Below, one piece after another: positions 29,828 to 39,843 of a DNA stretch of 64,000 bases. The number at the start of each line of letters is the position of its first letter. The first letter of the stretch is position 1. Source of the DNA: Pseudomonadota bacterium (GTDB lineage: Bacteria > Pseudomonadota > Gammaproteobacteria > Pseudomonadales > Moraxellaceae); assembly GCA_040384385.1 (NCBI GenBank), contig JAZKJJ010000007.1, positions 38,707 to 102,706 of the forward strand, given 5' to 3'. The translations under genes and the position numbers were made by a program. Under the pieces are notes generated by a model. It was not told where the DNA came from. It was given only the letters and a program-made list of their open reading frames with translations, and did no database searches.

Positions 29828-30922
29828 ATGTCGTCACAGTTTGTTTTGCCAGCATTCATCAGCCGCACCCTGCAGGCTGTCGTTACACCAACCGTCCTCG
29901 ATTTCTGGGCCGCCGAACTCGGCTTTGATGCCCGTATCGAGCGCACCATGAGCCGTGTCGTCGCTCGTTGGATGGAAACGCCGGACACCGTCACCCTGGT
30001 GCTCAAGCCCAACAAGAATTTTCGCGGCTTCAGCGCCGGCCAGCACGTCAACCTCACCGTCGAGATTGATGGCGTGCGCCACACCCGCTCTTACAGCTTC
30101 AGCGAAGCGCCGGCCGCTACCGGCCTCGTCGCCATCACCATCAAGAAGATGCCGAACGGTCGTGTCAGCACACACCTGGTCGACAAGGTCGTGGTCGGTG
30201 ACACCATCGAGCTCGGTCAGGCTTTTGGCGACATGACCTTCAGCGCTGGTGCCCCGGAGAAGATGCTCTTCCTTGCCGCCGGCAGTGGCGTCACGCCGCT
30301 GATGAGCCTGCTGCGTCAGCTCGTCGCCGAGGGCATGAGCCGCGATGTCGTGTTCATGTACTGGGTGCGTACGCGTCAGGACCTGATCTTCGGCAAAGAG
30401 CTGAAGGCGCTGGCTGAACAGTACCCGAACTTCCGCCTGCAGCCGGTTTACGAGCTGGAGCCTGAGCTGGAAGCCGGCGAATTGTCCGGTCGCCCGAGCC
30501 GCGAGCAGTTGGCCGGTGTGGTCACCGACCTCTGCAAGCGTGCTGTTTATGTCTGCGGCCCGACCGGCTTCATGAACGCCGTGCAGGCGCTGGTGGCTGA
30601 TGATGCCCTGGCTTTCCACGCCGAAGCGTTCTCGCCGCCAGTATTCGTGCCGAGCAAGAGCACGGGCATCGCCAAACTGTTCCTGAGCAAGTCCAACCGC
30701 ATGCTGGAAGTGCCGGAAGGCATGCCGCTGCTCGACGCACTGGAAGCCCAGGGCATCAAGCCACAGTCCGGCTGCCGCATGGGTATCTGCAATACCTGTG
30801 CTTGTGGCAAGGCTAGCGGTGTGACCCGCAACCTGCTGAACAACGAATTGTCTGTAGATGCCAACGCCAGTTTGCGCATCTGCGTGAATGCCGCCGTCGG
30901 CGACATCACCCTCGATCTGTAA
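29828..30922 (+). CDS. Ferredoxin reductase (FAD/NAD(P)H + 2Fe-2S), desaturase partner
   Basis: RSYS, AAGSGVTP, VCGP, GCRMGICNTC...C. Confidence 0.92.
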   Translation: MSSQFVLPAFISRTLQAVVTPTVLDFWAAELGFDARIERTMSRVVARWMETPDTVTLVLKPNKNFRGFSAGQHVNLTVEIDGVRHTRSYSFSEAPAATGLVAITIKKMPNGRVSTHLVDKVVVGDTIELGQAFGDMTFSAGAPEKMLFLAAGSGVTPLMSLLRQLVAEGMSRDVVFMYWVRTRQDLIFGKELKALAEQYPNFRLQPVYELEPELEAGELSGRPSREQLAGVVTDLCKRAVYVCGPTGFMNAVQALVADDALAFHAEAFSPPVFVPSKSTGIAKLFLSKSNRMLEVPEGMPLLDALEAQGIKPQSGCRMGICNTCACGKASGVTRNLLNNELSVDANASLRICVNAAVGDITLDL

Positions 30923-30952
30923 GATCTCTTAAGTAGAGTCTGGAGAAATATC

Positions 30953-32071
30953 ATGAGCAAGAGCAAAACCCTGAGCGCCGCCGAAATCGAAGCCTTTGGT
31001 GCTGAAGTCGATGCCATCAAGAAGCGTCATCTGGCCGATGTTGGCGAGAAAGATGCAACCTACATCCGCAAGGTCGAGAAGGCCGTGCGTTACACCGAGA
31101 TTGCCGGTCGCGGGCTGCTGATGGCCGGCATTTTCCCACCGGCTTTTGTGGCTGGCACTGTGCTGCTCGGCGTGTCGAAAATTCTCGACAACATGGAGCT
31201 GGGCCATAACGTCATGCACGGTCAGTACGACTTCATGCAGGACCCGCGCTTTAGTGGCCAGACCTTCGAGTGGGACACCTGGTGTACTGCCGACAACTGG
31301 CGCTACAGCCACAACTTCATGCATCACACCTATACCAATGTGCTGGGCAAGGACCACGACATTGGCTACGGCGTGCTGCGTATCTTCCCGGAACAGAAGT
31401 GGGAGCCACGCTTCCTCGCCAACCCGGTGCTGGCCGTGCTGCTTGCTGTGTTCTTCGAGAACCTGCTGGCCCTGCAGACGCTGGAGCTGGAAAAGCTGGT
31501 TTCCGGTGAGAAGTCCTGGAAAGAAATTCGCGAACAGGCTAAGCCGACCGTAAAGAAAGGTTTCCGTCAGGTCGCTAAGGACTACGTGTTCTTCCCGCTG
31601 CTCGCCGGTCCGTTCTTCCTGCCGGTGCTGGCCGGTAACTTCATCGCCAACATCATGCGTAACCTGTGGACCTTCACCATCATTTTCTGCGGTCACTTCA
31701 CTGAAGATTCGGAAGTGTTCGCGCTGGAAACGCTGGATAACGAAACCCGCGGCCAGTGGTATCTGCGTCAGATGCGCGGCTCCGCCAACCTCACCGGCGG
31801 CAAGCTGTTCCACATCATGAGCGGCAACCTCAGCCATCAGATCGAGCATCACCTGTTCCCGGAAGTGCCGGCTCATCGCTACGCTGAAATGTCGGTGGAG
31901 ATGCAGGAAATTGCCAAGCGCTACGGCCAGAACTACAACAGTGCCTCGCTGGTAAAGCAGTTCGGCACCGTGGTTGGTCGCATTCTGCGTCACTCGCTGC
32001 CGAGCAAGCCGAAAGCAGAGTTGGTCGTACTGGCCAAGGCTGATCCGGTTTCGCTGGCTAGCGCTGCCTGA
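30953..32071 (+). CDS. Membrane acyl-CoA desaturase (DesB/DesA3-like)
   Basis: His boxes GHNVMHG, SHNFMHH, HQIEHH. Confidence 0.93.
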   Translation: MSKSKTLSAAEIEAFGAEVDAIKKRHLADVGEKDATYIRKVEKAVRYTEIAGRGLLMAGIFPPAFVAGTVLLGVSKILDNMELGHNVMHGQYDFMQDPRFSGQTFEWDTWCTADNWRYSHNFMHHTYTNVLGKDHDIGYGVLRIFPEQKWEPRFLANPVLAVLLAVFFENLLALQTLELEKLVSGEKSWKEIREQAKPTVKKGFRQVAKDYVFFPLLAGPFFLPVLAGNFIANIMRNLWTFTIIFCGHFTEDSEVFALETLDNETRGQWYLRQMRGSANLTGGKLFHIMSGNLSHQIEHHLFPEVPAHRYAEMSVEMQEIAKRYGQNYNSASLVKQFGTVVGRILRHSLPSKPKAELVVLAKADPVSLASAA

Positions 32072-32094
32072 GACGGTACGCGGAGGAGATGGCC

Positions 32095-33321
32095 ATGAGT
32101 CTGCATCCGGTGGTGGTTGATAGTGGTCGCCAGTTGCAGCGCATCGCGCGTGACACGGATTGGCGAGCTGTGGTTTGGGGCGTGCAGGGGCTGGGTCATC
32201 TCGCCCTGCACAGTGCCGCCGAGCTCACCGAGCTTGTCACTGAAATGGATGGCACGATTCGTCAGGCTCCGCTGCCACTGGGTCAGGTTGGTGAGTCGCC
32301 GCGTCAGCGCGCGCCCTGGCCGTACCGGCTGGTGGCGCATGTCTTCCGCACGGCGGCCGGGCTCTTGCAGCGCTTGCCGCTGCAGGCCGACATCCGTCAG
32401 TCACATGCTCTGGCTTTACCGCTGCTGAGTGCCGCCAACGGCGTGCTCGGCGACAAGCTCGAGCGCTGGCAGAGTCCGCTGGCGTTGGGCATGACCTTGC
32501 GTGCTGAGGACAGCGAAGTGCTGGCCTGGTCGCAGCTGGCGACGACGCCGAAAGCGCGTGTGGCCGTGTTCATTCACGGTCTGTGCTGGAGCGAGCGCGA
32601 GTGGCAGACGCCGGCGCAGAAGCAGTTCCAGTCGCTGTTGCAAAACAAGGGCTGGACCTCGGGCTGGCTGCGCTACAACAGTGGTCGCAGCATTTGGCGC
32701 AATGGCGCAGATCTGTCGGACTGGCTCGAAGCCGCGCTGGCAGCACACCCGGTGAAAGAGCTGGTGCTGGTCGGTCATAGTCAGGGTGGTCTGCTCATTC
32801 GCAGCGCCTTTGCTCATGCCGAAGCGGCTGGCCATGCCTGGCCGCAAAGCGTGTCGCGTGCAGCCTATCTGGCCACGCCGCATCAGGGCGCGCCGTTGGA
32901 GCGTGCCGGTCGCTGGGCAAACGCCTTGCTCTCGCATTCACCCTATACGCAACCGCTGATGCGCCTCGGCAACATCCGTAGCGCAGCCATCAAGGACCTG
33001 CGCTATGGCGTGATCACCGAGGCCGAAGCGCAGGGTCTGCGTGATGACCTCAGCGAAGATCCACGCCAGCAGGCCGTGACCTTGCCGGATCATGTGCGTC
33101 ATCTGTTTTTGGCGGGCAGCCTCAATCCGGAAGCCGCCGAGAGCTGGCTGGGTGACGGCCTGGTGCCGGTACACAGCGGGCTTGGCCTGCATCGTCGCGA
33201 GGCCTTGCAGCTGAATGCGTCGGACCTGAGTCGCGTCGAGCTGGATCGCATGGATCACATGAACATGCTCGGTGATGTCCGCGTCTGGGATGCCGTGGCT
33301 GATTGGTGGTGGCGGCGCTAA
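32095..33321 (+). CDS. Esterase/lipase-family alpha/beta hydrolase (PGAP1-like)
   Basis: FIHGLC, GHSQGG, LATPHQGAPLE, GDGLVP, DHMNML; GGAGGAG SD. Confidence 0.82.
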   Translation: MSLHPVVVDSGRQLQRIARDTDWRAVVWGVQGLGHLALHSAAELTELVTEMDGTIRQAPLPLGQVGESPRQRAPWPYRLVAHVFRTAAGLLQRLPLQADIRQSHALALPLLSAANGVLGDKLERWQSPLALGMTLRAEDSEVLAWSQLATTPKARVAVFIHGLCWSEREWQTPAQKQFQSLLQNKGWTSGWLRYNSGRSIWRNGADLSDWLEAALAAHPVKELVLVGHSQGGLLIRSAFAHAEAAGHAWPQSVSRAAYLATPHQGAPLERAGRWANALLSHSPYTQPLMRLGNIRSAAIKDLRYGVITEAEAQGLRDDLSEDPRQQAVTLPDHVRHLFLAGSLNPEAAESWLGDGLVPVHSGLGLHRREALQLNASDLSRVELDRMDHMNMLGDVRVWDAVADWWWRR

Positions 33322-34025
33322 GCTGCTTCACGTTTAGTCAGCGGCGCCGTGAGCCAGCCGATTAGGCTCAAGGCCGCCAGCGCGCCTAATACTTGCGCCA
33401 CGATGAAGCCGCTCACATCCGCCGGGCGTATACCGGCAAAGCTGTCGCTGGCGGCGCGTGCCAAAGTCACCGCCGGATTGGCAAAGGAAGTTGATGCCGT
33501 GAACCAGTACGCTGCTGTGATGAAGGCAGCAACGGCAAACGGCGTCACCGCTGGCCGGCTCCGACTACAGCTGATAATCACCGCAATCAAACCAAAACTG
33601 GCGACAAATTCACTGAGCTGCTGAGCCATGCCAGCGCGCACATGCGTCGCTGCACTGAACCACGGTTGCGACATCAGCTCGCCTGCTGTTTGCGCATTGC
33701 TGAACATGCCATGTGCCACGGCCACCCCTGCGAATGCCCCACCGATTTGTGCCGCCCCGTAGCTCAGGCCATCGCGCCAATTCAGCTTGCCCAGCAAGAC
33801 TTCGCTGAGACTGACGATGGGATTGAAATGCGCGCCCGAGATTGGTCCGAAGGTCAGGATCAAAGCAACCAAGCCTGCCCCGGTGGCGATGGTGTTGGCG
33901 AGCAGCGCCAGTGCGGTCAGGTCTCCGCTGAGTCGCTCGGCCATGATGCCGGAGCCGACCACGGTCGCCAGCAACAGCGCCGTGCCCAGTGCTTCGGCAG
34001 TGAGTCGTCGTGACAATGACAACAT
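33318..34025 (-). CDS. MIP/aquaporin, arsenic-associated AqpS type
   Basis: SGAHFNPIVS and TSFANPAVT loops; third gene of the ars operon. Confidence 0.88.
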   Translation of the reverse strand: MLSLSRRLTAEALGTALLLATVVGSGIMAERLSGDLTALALLANTIATGAGLVALILTFGPISGAHFNPIVSLSEVLLGKLNWRDGLSYGAAQIGGAFAGVAVAHGMFSNAQTAGELMSQPWFSAATHVRAGMAQQLSEFVASFGLIAVIISCSRSRPAVTPFAVAAFITAAYWFTASTSFANPAVTLARAASDSFAGIRPADVSGFIVAQVLGALAALSLIGWLTAPLTKREAA

Positions 34026-34028
34026 GCT

Positions 34029-34508
34029 TCAGGCACCCAGACTGGCGATGCGATCCATCTCGGCTTTAAGCGCTGCGCCATCGTGCTTTAGTGCTTCCAG
34101 CGGCAGCGCCAGAAAGGCCTCGATGCGCGTGCGCAGAATGCGATAGGCAGTCATGAATGCGGCATCGATTTCCGCGTCGGTGCCGGTGGCATGCGCCGGA
34201 TCATCCACACCCCAGTGTGAACGCAACACCGGCCCAAGATAGGCCGGGCAAACCTCGTTGGCAGCATTGCCGCAGACCGAAATAACGATGTCGGGCGTGA
34301 CCGGCAGATCATCCCAGGATTTGCTGAAATAGCCGTCGGTGACGATGCCTTCACGCGCCAGCAGCGCCAGCGAGCGTGGATGCACATAGCCCGCCGGCTT
34401 GCTGCCAGCGCTGAGCGCGCGCCAGCCAGCCGGAGCAAGATGATTGAAGGTGGCTTCGGCCAGAATCGAGCGGCAGGAGTTGCCGGTGCAGAGCATCAAC
34501 ACATTCAT
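34029..34508 (-). CDS. arsC: Arsenate reductase, LMW-PTP fold
   Basis: LCTGNSCRS P-loop; resolving Cys pair VCGNAANEVCP; WGVDDP. Confidence 0.92.
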   Translation of the reverse strand: MNVLMLCTGNSCRSILAEATFNHLAPAGWRALSAGSKPAGYVHPRSLALLAREGIVTDGYFSKSWDDLPVTPDIVISVCGNAANEVCPAYLGPVLRSHWGVDDPAHATGTDAEIDAAFMTAYRILRTRIEAFLALPLEALKHDGAALKAEMDRIASLGA

Positions 34509-34882
34509 TTCAGGTTTCCGTTTTGAGAAGTGGTGTCGCACTGAGCAGCGCCGTCGCCGCAGATAGGCATCAGCGCCACCGCGCCGCAGAGTTCGGGGTG
34601 ACCGGCACAGCAGTCATCGGTGAGATAGGCAATGAGCTCGACCATGACACCGATCGTGGCGCGATAACGCAGAAAGCGCCCCTCGGCCTCGGCAGCAATC
34701 AGCCCAGCCTGCGTCAGCGCCTTCAAATGAAAAGAGGCGTTGTTCGCTGCCAATCCCTGCGCGCTGGCAATCTGACCGGCCACAAGGCCGCTCGGGCCAG
34801 CCTTGACCAGCAGACGATAGATGGCCAATCTCACCGGCGAAGAGAGAGATTCAAAGACGAGCACGGCGGTTTCTGAGTTCAT
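34505..34882 (-). CDS. arsR: ArsR/SmtB repressor with C-terminal CC..C arsenite site
   Basis: LSSPVRLAIYRLLV, SFHLKAL, DDCCAGHPELC. Confidence 0.92.
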   Translation of the reverse strand: MNSETAVLVFESLSSPVRLAIYRLLVKAGPSGLVAGQIASAQGLAANNASFHLKALTQAGLIAAEAEGRFLRYRATIGVMVELIAYLTDDCCAGHPELCGAVALMPICGDGAAQCDTTSQNGNLK

Positions 34883-34922
34883 TCTTCAACATTACAAGAA
34901 CTATTGAAATAAAGGAAGGGCC

Positions 34923-35591
34923 ATGAGCTGGGAACTCACCCGATGTGATGATGGCGTGCTGCGTTGTGGCTGGTGCACGGCCACGCCGGCGTATCAGCAG
35001 TATCACGATCAGGAGTGGGGGAGGCCGACCGCCGATGATCGCCGCCTGTTCGAGAAGCTCTGTCTGGAGAGCTTTCAGGCTGGTCTGAGCTGGCGCACGA
35101 TCTTGGAAAAGCGCACCAACTTGCGTGCGGCCTTTCATCAGTTCGACTGGGTCGCCATGGCCGCGATGGGCTCGCAGGATGTTGAGCGCCTGCTGCAGGA
35201 TGCCGGCATCATTCGCCATCGCGGCAAAATCGAGGCGGTGCTCAACAATGCTGGGCGCATGCCCGACATGCTCGCCGAGTTCGGTTCGCTGGGGGCCTTT
35301 GTCTGGTCGTTTGAGGCGCTGATGCCGGCACAGCCGGAGATCGTCACGCTTGCGCATGTCTGCGCCAACACCACCAGCCCGGCGTCCGATGCTATGGCGA
35401 AGGCGCTGAAGCAGCGTGGCTGGAAGTTTCTTGGCAGCACCACCATTCATGCTTTTATGCAGTCGATGGGGCTGGTCAATGATCATCTCAGCGGTTGTGC
35501 CTCGCGTGATCCGGCGTTGCTGGCGCGTGATGCGTTCATCGTTCCGTCATCAGCGGCCGTTAACATGGCACGCGTAAAAAATCTGAATTGA
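34923..35591 (+). CDS. tag: DNA-3-methyladenine glycosylase I
   Basis: RCGW, YHDQEWG, LCLESFQAGLSW, IIRHRGKI, GLVNDHLSGC. Confidence 0.93.
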   Translation: MSWELTRCDDGVLRCGWCTATPAYQQYHDQEWGRPTADDRRLFEKLCLESFQAGLSWRTILEKRTNLRAAFHQFDWVAMAAMGSQDVERLLQDAGIIRHRGKIEAVLNNAGRMPDMLAEFGSLGAFVWSFEALMPAQPEIVTLAHVCANTTSPASDAMAKALKQRGWKFLGSTTIHAFMQSMGLVNDHLSGCASRDPALLARDAFIVPSSAAVNMARVKNLN

Positions 35592-35607
35592 GTCGGGAGA
35601 GTTTGCC

Positions 35608-36954
35608 GTGAATGCGTTGTCACCTGCTGTAGATCGTCGTGCATTTTTGCGCCAGTTGTTCTTGCTGGCCGGGGCTGCCGGCATGGCTCCGTTGTTGTCT
35701 GCGTGCGGCAATGATACTGGCGGCACGGCTTCTGCCATGGCGGCTAGTCGCTTGAAGCAGCCGCGTCCGCCTGGTCGCTTTGCCAATCTTGGCCCGCTCG
35801 GTGAGCCCAATGCCTTTGGCGTGCGCCTGCCTGCCGGCTTCGACATGCGCGTGATCGCCGAAGCCATGCAGCCGGTAGGCGATACGGACTATCGCTGGCA
35901 TATTTTCCCCGATGGCGGCGGCGTAATGGCGAAGCCCGGTGGCGGCTGGTTCTATATGTCCAACAGCGAAGTTCCGGGCTTTGGCAGCCTCGGTTTTGTG
36001 GTGCCTGAGCTGGCGCCGCTAGCAAATCCGCTGGAGCGCCTGACTCCCGGTCTCGGCGGTGCCAGTGCCATCGAATTTGATCGCGACGGCAATATTGTTG
36101 ATGCCTTCCAGATATTGTCCGGCACCACGTTCAACTGCGCCGGCTGCGTCACGCCTTGGCAGACTTGGCTGTCTTGCGAGGAGATTCCCGAGGGGCTGGT
36201 CTGGGAGTGCGATCCGGTCGGTCGCAGTGCCGCACAGCCACGCCCGACGCTGGGCCTGTTTTCGCACGAGGCGGTGGCGATTGATGCCGGCCGCCGCGTC
36301 ATCTACATGACTGAAGACATGCCCGAGGGGCGGCTCTACCGCTGGTTGCCGGCGGTGGGTGACTGGCCTGCGGGTGGCCGTCCGGCGCTGACCAGTGGCG
36401 TGCTGCAGGTCATGGATGTGCCGACTGGCGTGGCCCAGGCGCTGACCCAGCCGCAGCGCGTGATCTGGCGCGATGCTCTGGAGCCGGCGCTGGCGCAGAG
36501 CGAACATCGGCGCGAGGATTCGGCAGCGTTTGATGGCGGCGAAGGCATCTGGCTGTTCGACGACTTCATTTTCTTTGCTACCAAGGGCGACAACCGCATC
36601 TGGGTTTACGACATCCAAGGCGAAACGCTGGAAGTGCTCTACGATCTCGCCACCGACAGCAATCCCATCCTCTCCGGCGTCGACAACATCACCGTCACCG
36701 ATCGCGGTGATGTGCTGGTGGCCGAAGACGGTGGCGATTTGCAGGTCGTGGTGATCCTGCCGGATGGCCAGCTCAAGCCGCTGCTGCAGATCGTCGGGCA
36801 GGACCCGTCAGAGGTCGCCGGTATCGCCTTCTCGCCGGATGGCCGTCGCCTGTATTTCACCAGCGATCGTGGCAGCAATCAGGACATCGGCGGGCAGCGT
36901 GCCGGCTTGGGTGTGACTTACGAGTTGCTGCTGCCGGCTCAGTTCAGCGTTTAA
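35608..36954 (+). CDS. PhoX-like (DUF839) protein, Tat-exported lipoprotein
   Basis: RRAFL Tat motif plus LSAC lipobox; SCEE, FSHEAVA, YMTED, DNITV, AEDG. Confidence 0.82.
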   Translation: MNALSPAVDRRAFLRQLFLLAGAAGMAPLLSACGNDTGGTASAMAASRLKQPRPPGRFANLGPLGEPNAFGVRLPAGFDMRVIAEAMQPVGDTDYRWHIFPDGGGVMAKPGGGWFYMSNSEVPGFGSLGFVVPELAPLANPLERLTPGLGGASAIEFDRDGNIVDAFQILSGTTFNCAGCVTPWQTWLSCEEIPEGLVWECDPVGRSAAQPRPTLGLFSHEAVAIDAGRRVIYMTEDMPEGRLYRWLPAVGDWPAGGRPALTSGVLQVMDVPTGVAQALTQPQRVIWRDALEPALAQSEHRREDSAAFDGGEGIWLFDDFIFFATKGDNRIWVYDIQGETLEVLYDLATDSNPILSGVDNITVTDRGDVLVAEDGGDLQVVVILPDGQLKPLLQIVGQDPSEVAGIAFSPDGRRLYFTSDRGSNQDIGGQRAGLGVTYELLLPAQFSV

Positions 36955-37355
36955 GCCTCTTTTGCCAGGCCGCTGGTCACCCGGATCGGGTTGCTCAGCA
37001 GCTTGTGCACCGGGCAGATCTTGGCAATCTGCAACAGGCGCTCGCGAGCTTCGGCATCGAGCGCCCCCTCCAGCGTGATGATGCGTGTGATATCGCTGCC
37101 GTCCGCCGCGACCACCATGTCGAGATGTACCTGCACGCTGGTCAATGGCCAGTCTTTGCGCTGTGCATACATGATCAGCGTGATCGCGGTACACGCGCCC
37201 AGCGACGACAGCAGCAGCTCCATCGGTGCCGGTGCGCTGTCGCCGCCGCCAACATCGGCGGGCTCGTCAGCGAGCCAGTGATGGGCGCCATCGCTGAGAC
37301 TGACCTGATAAGGCGTGCCGGCGATGCTGGCGGTGACGGTGTGTATTGTGCTCAT
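36951..37355 (-). CDS. OsmC-family protein
   Basis: ADEP..GG.D..PAP, SLGACTAIT, ICPVHK. Confidence 0.88.
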   Translation of the reverse strand: MSTIHTVTASIAGTPYQVSLSDGAHHWLADEPADVGGGDSAPAPMELLLSSLGACTAITLIMYAQRKDWPLTSVQVHLDMVVAADGSDITRIITLEGALDAEARERLLQIAKICPVHKLLSNPIRVTSGLAKEA

Positions 37356-37469
37356 GGAGGTGCTCTCTTTGTGGAATTCTGCCGCATGGCTCTTTGCTTG
37401 CTTGTACCTGCTCACAAGCTCGCGTACAACCGAGGTCTCGTTTTTTCACTGTTAGCCCCGGAGTAAGCT

Positions 37470-38351
37470 ATGGCCTACAACACTCTTGATTATCGTGTCG
37501 AAGATCGCATTCTCACGCTGACACTGAATCGTCCTGAGCAGCTCAATGCCTTTACGGTCGAGATGGCCGATGAGCTGGTCGCCGCCTTCGGGCGCGCCAG
37601 CGAGGATGATGATGTTGCGGTGATCGTGGTCACCGGCAGCGGTCGTGCCTTCTGCGCCGGCATGGACCTGTCGGTGCCGGGCAATGTCTTCGGTCTCGAC
37701 GAGACGCAGCAGCCGACTGTAGCCGACATGCACGAACGCCTCGATGATCCGGCCATTCATCGCGGTGTGCGCGATACCGGTGGCCGCGTGACGCTGGCCA
37801 TCTACGAATGCAAGAAGCCGGTTATTGGTGCCATCAACGGCGCGGCGGTGGGCATCGGTGCCACCATGACGCTGGCGATGGACATTCGCCTAGCCTCGGA
37901 GAAGGCGCGTATCGGCTTCGTTTTCGGCAAGATCGGCGTGGTGCCGGAAGCTTGCTCAAGCTGGTTCTTGCCGCGCATCGTTGGCATTCAGCAGGCGCTG
38001 GAGTGGGTCTACACCGGTGACATCCTGACCGCCGAGCAGGCGCTGGCCGGCAAGCTGGTGCGTTCGGTGCATGCGCCGGATCAGTTGCTGCCGGCTGCCT
38101 ACGAGCTGGCGCGCAAGTTTAGCCAGAACAAATCACCGGTGGCCGTCGCCTTCGCGCGCCAAATGCTTTATCGCAATTCTGCGCAGCCGCACCCGATCGA
38201 AGCGCATCGCATTGATACGCTGGCGATGTTCTATACCAGTCTGGAAGATGGCAAGGAAGGCGTCAGCTCATTCCTGGAAAAACGCGATCCGGCGTATACC
38301 GGCAAAGCTAGTGCCATGCCGGCGTTTTATCCGTGGTGGAACAAGGCTTGA
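37470..38351 (+). CDS. Enoyl-CoA hydratase/isomerase family protein
   Basis: LNRPEQLNA, AFCAGMDL, AINGAAVGIG, PEACSSWFLP. Confidence 0.92.
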   Translation: MAYNTLDYRVEDRILTLTLNRPEQLNAFTVEMADELVAAFGRASEDDDVAVIVVTGSGRAFCAGMDLSVPGNVFGLDETQQPTVADMHERLDDPAIHRGVRDTGGRVTLAIYECKKPVIGAINGAAVGIGATMTLAMDIRLASEKARIGFVFGKIGVVPEACSSWFLPRIVGIQQALEWVYTGDILTAEQALAGKLVRSVHAPDQLLPAAYELARKFSQNKSPVAVAFARQMLYRNSAQPHPIEAHRIDTLAMFYTSLEDGKEGVSSFLEKRDPAYTGKASAMPAFYPWWNKA

Positions 38352-38365
38352 AAAAGCGGAACAAG

Positions 38366-38392
38366 GCCTGAATCAGCGATGCTGAGTCAGGC
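38366..38392. terminator. Hairpin between convergent crotonase and rhlE genes
   Basis: gcctgaatcagc-gat-gctgagtcaggc; no U tract. Confidence 0.45.
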
Positions 38393-38406
38393 TCGTCCAG
38401 TCTGAC

Positions 38407-39792
38407 TTAGAGACCAGCGCGCGGCGGACGGCGATTGCCACCGCCGGTGTTGCCATTGCCGTTACCACCGCCGCCGTTACCGGAGTTACCACCGGCCGGG
38501 CGTGGCCCGTTCGGGCGCTGACCACCGGGACGGCCTGAGCCAGCGGGCTTGCCAGCAGCAGGCTTGCCGCCGGCACCACTGCGCGAGGGCTGACCCTGAC
38601 GCGGCGGACGTGCCTGCTGCGGTTTGCGCAGCGGCTCCGGCTTGGCGTTCGGGTCCGGCTCGAAGCCGGGCACAATTACGCGTTCGATCTTCTGGCGGAT
38701 GGTGCGCTCGATATCTGCCAGCAGCTTGTGCTCATCCACACAAACCAGCGACACGGCCTCACCGCCGGCACCAGCACGACCGGTACGGCCGATGCGATGC
38801 ACATAGTCTTCCGGCACATTCGGCAGCTCGTAATTCACCACATGCGGCAGGGAATCAATATCGATGCCACGGGCGGCAATGTCGGTCGCGACCAGCACGC
38901 GCAGACGATTGGCCTTGAACTCGCCGAGCGCCTTTTCACGCGCGGCCTGACTCTTGTTGCCATGAATTGCCATGGCCGGAATACCATCTTTGTCGAGGCC
39001 TTCGGCAAGACGGTTGGCGCCGTGCTTGGTGCGGGTGAAGACCAGCACCTGCGACCACTGGCCATCAATAATGAGCTTTTCCAGCAGCGCCTTCTTGGCG
39101 TCGCGATCGACCGGATAGATCTTCTGCGTCACGCGCTCGGCCGTCGTGGTCTGCGGCGCGACTTCGATGCGCTCCGGGTTGCTCAGCAGCGAGCTGGCGA
39201 AGCTGCGAATTTCCGGCGCGAAGGTGGCCGAGAACAGCAGGTTCTGGCGCTGCTTCGGCAGCAGGGCGAGGATGCGTTTGATGTCGCGGATGAAGCCCAT
39301 GTCGAGCATGCGATCGGCTTCATCGAGCACGAGAATTTCGACGCCGCCGAGATCCAGCGTGCCCTGACCAACATGATCGAGCAGGCGGCCCGGTGTCGCC
39401 ACCAGAATGTCCAGACGCTTGCGCAGACGGTCGCGCTGCGGGTTGGCATTGACGCCGCCGAAGATGACCATCGAGCTCAGGTTCAGGTCCTGGCCGTACT
39501 GGCGCACGCTTTCTTCGACTTGTGAGGCGAGCTCGCGCGTCGGTGTTAGCACCAGCGCACGGATGCGATGCTTGGTCGACGGATGCAGCACCGGCGTGGT
39601 ACTCAGGCGTTGCAGCAGCGGCAGCGTGAAGCCGGCGGTCTTGCCGGTACCGGTCTGGGCGGCGGCGAGCAGGTCACGACCGGACAGCACGACCGGGATG
39701 GCCTGCTGTTGAATCGGGGTGGGCGTGGTGTAGCCGACGGCGTTAAGCGCGCTCAGCAACTCGGGCATGAGACCGAGATCAGCAAAAGACAT
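38407..39792 (-). CDS. rhlE: DEAD-box RNA helicase, RhlE-like
   Basis: Q motif, [34 protein letters not shown]; G/N/P/R-rich tail. Confidence 0.92.
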   Translation of the reverse strand: MSFADLGLMPELLSALNAVGYTTPTPIQQQAIPVVLSGRDLLAAAQTGTGKTAGFTLPLLQRLSTTPVLHPSTKHRIRALVLTPTRELASQVEESVRQYGQDLNLSSMVIFGGVNANPQRDRLRKRLDILVATPGRLLDHVGQGTLDLGGVEILVLDEADRMLDMGFIRDIKRILALLPKQRQNLLFSATFAPEIRSFASSLLSNPERIEVAPQTTTAERVTQKIYPVDRDAKKALLEKLIIDGQWSQVLVFTRTKHGANRLAEGLDKDGIPAMAIHGNKSQAAREKALGEFKANRLRVLVATDIAARGIDIDSLPHVVNYELPNVPEDYVHRIGRTGRAGAGGEAVSLVCVDEHKLLADIERTIRQKIERVIVPGFEPDPNAKPEPLRKPQQARPPRQGQPSRSGAGGKPAAGKPAGSGRPGGQRPNGPRPAGGNSGNGGGGNGNGNTGGGNRRPPRAGL

Positions 39793-39843
39793 GGAGTATC
39801 CGGGGGGAGCAAAGAAGGTTGCTATGGTACTCGAAAGCGGCTC

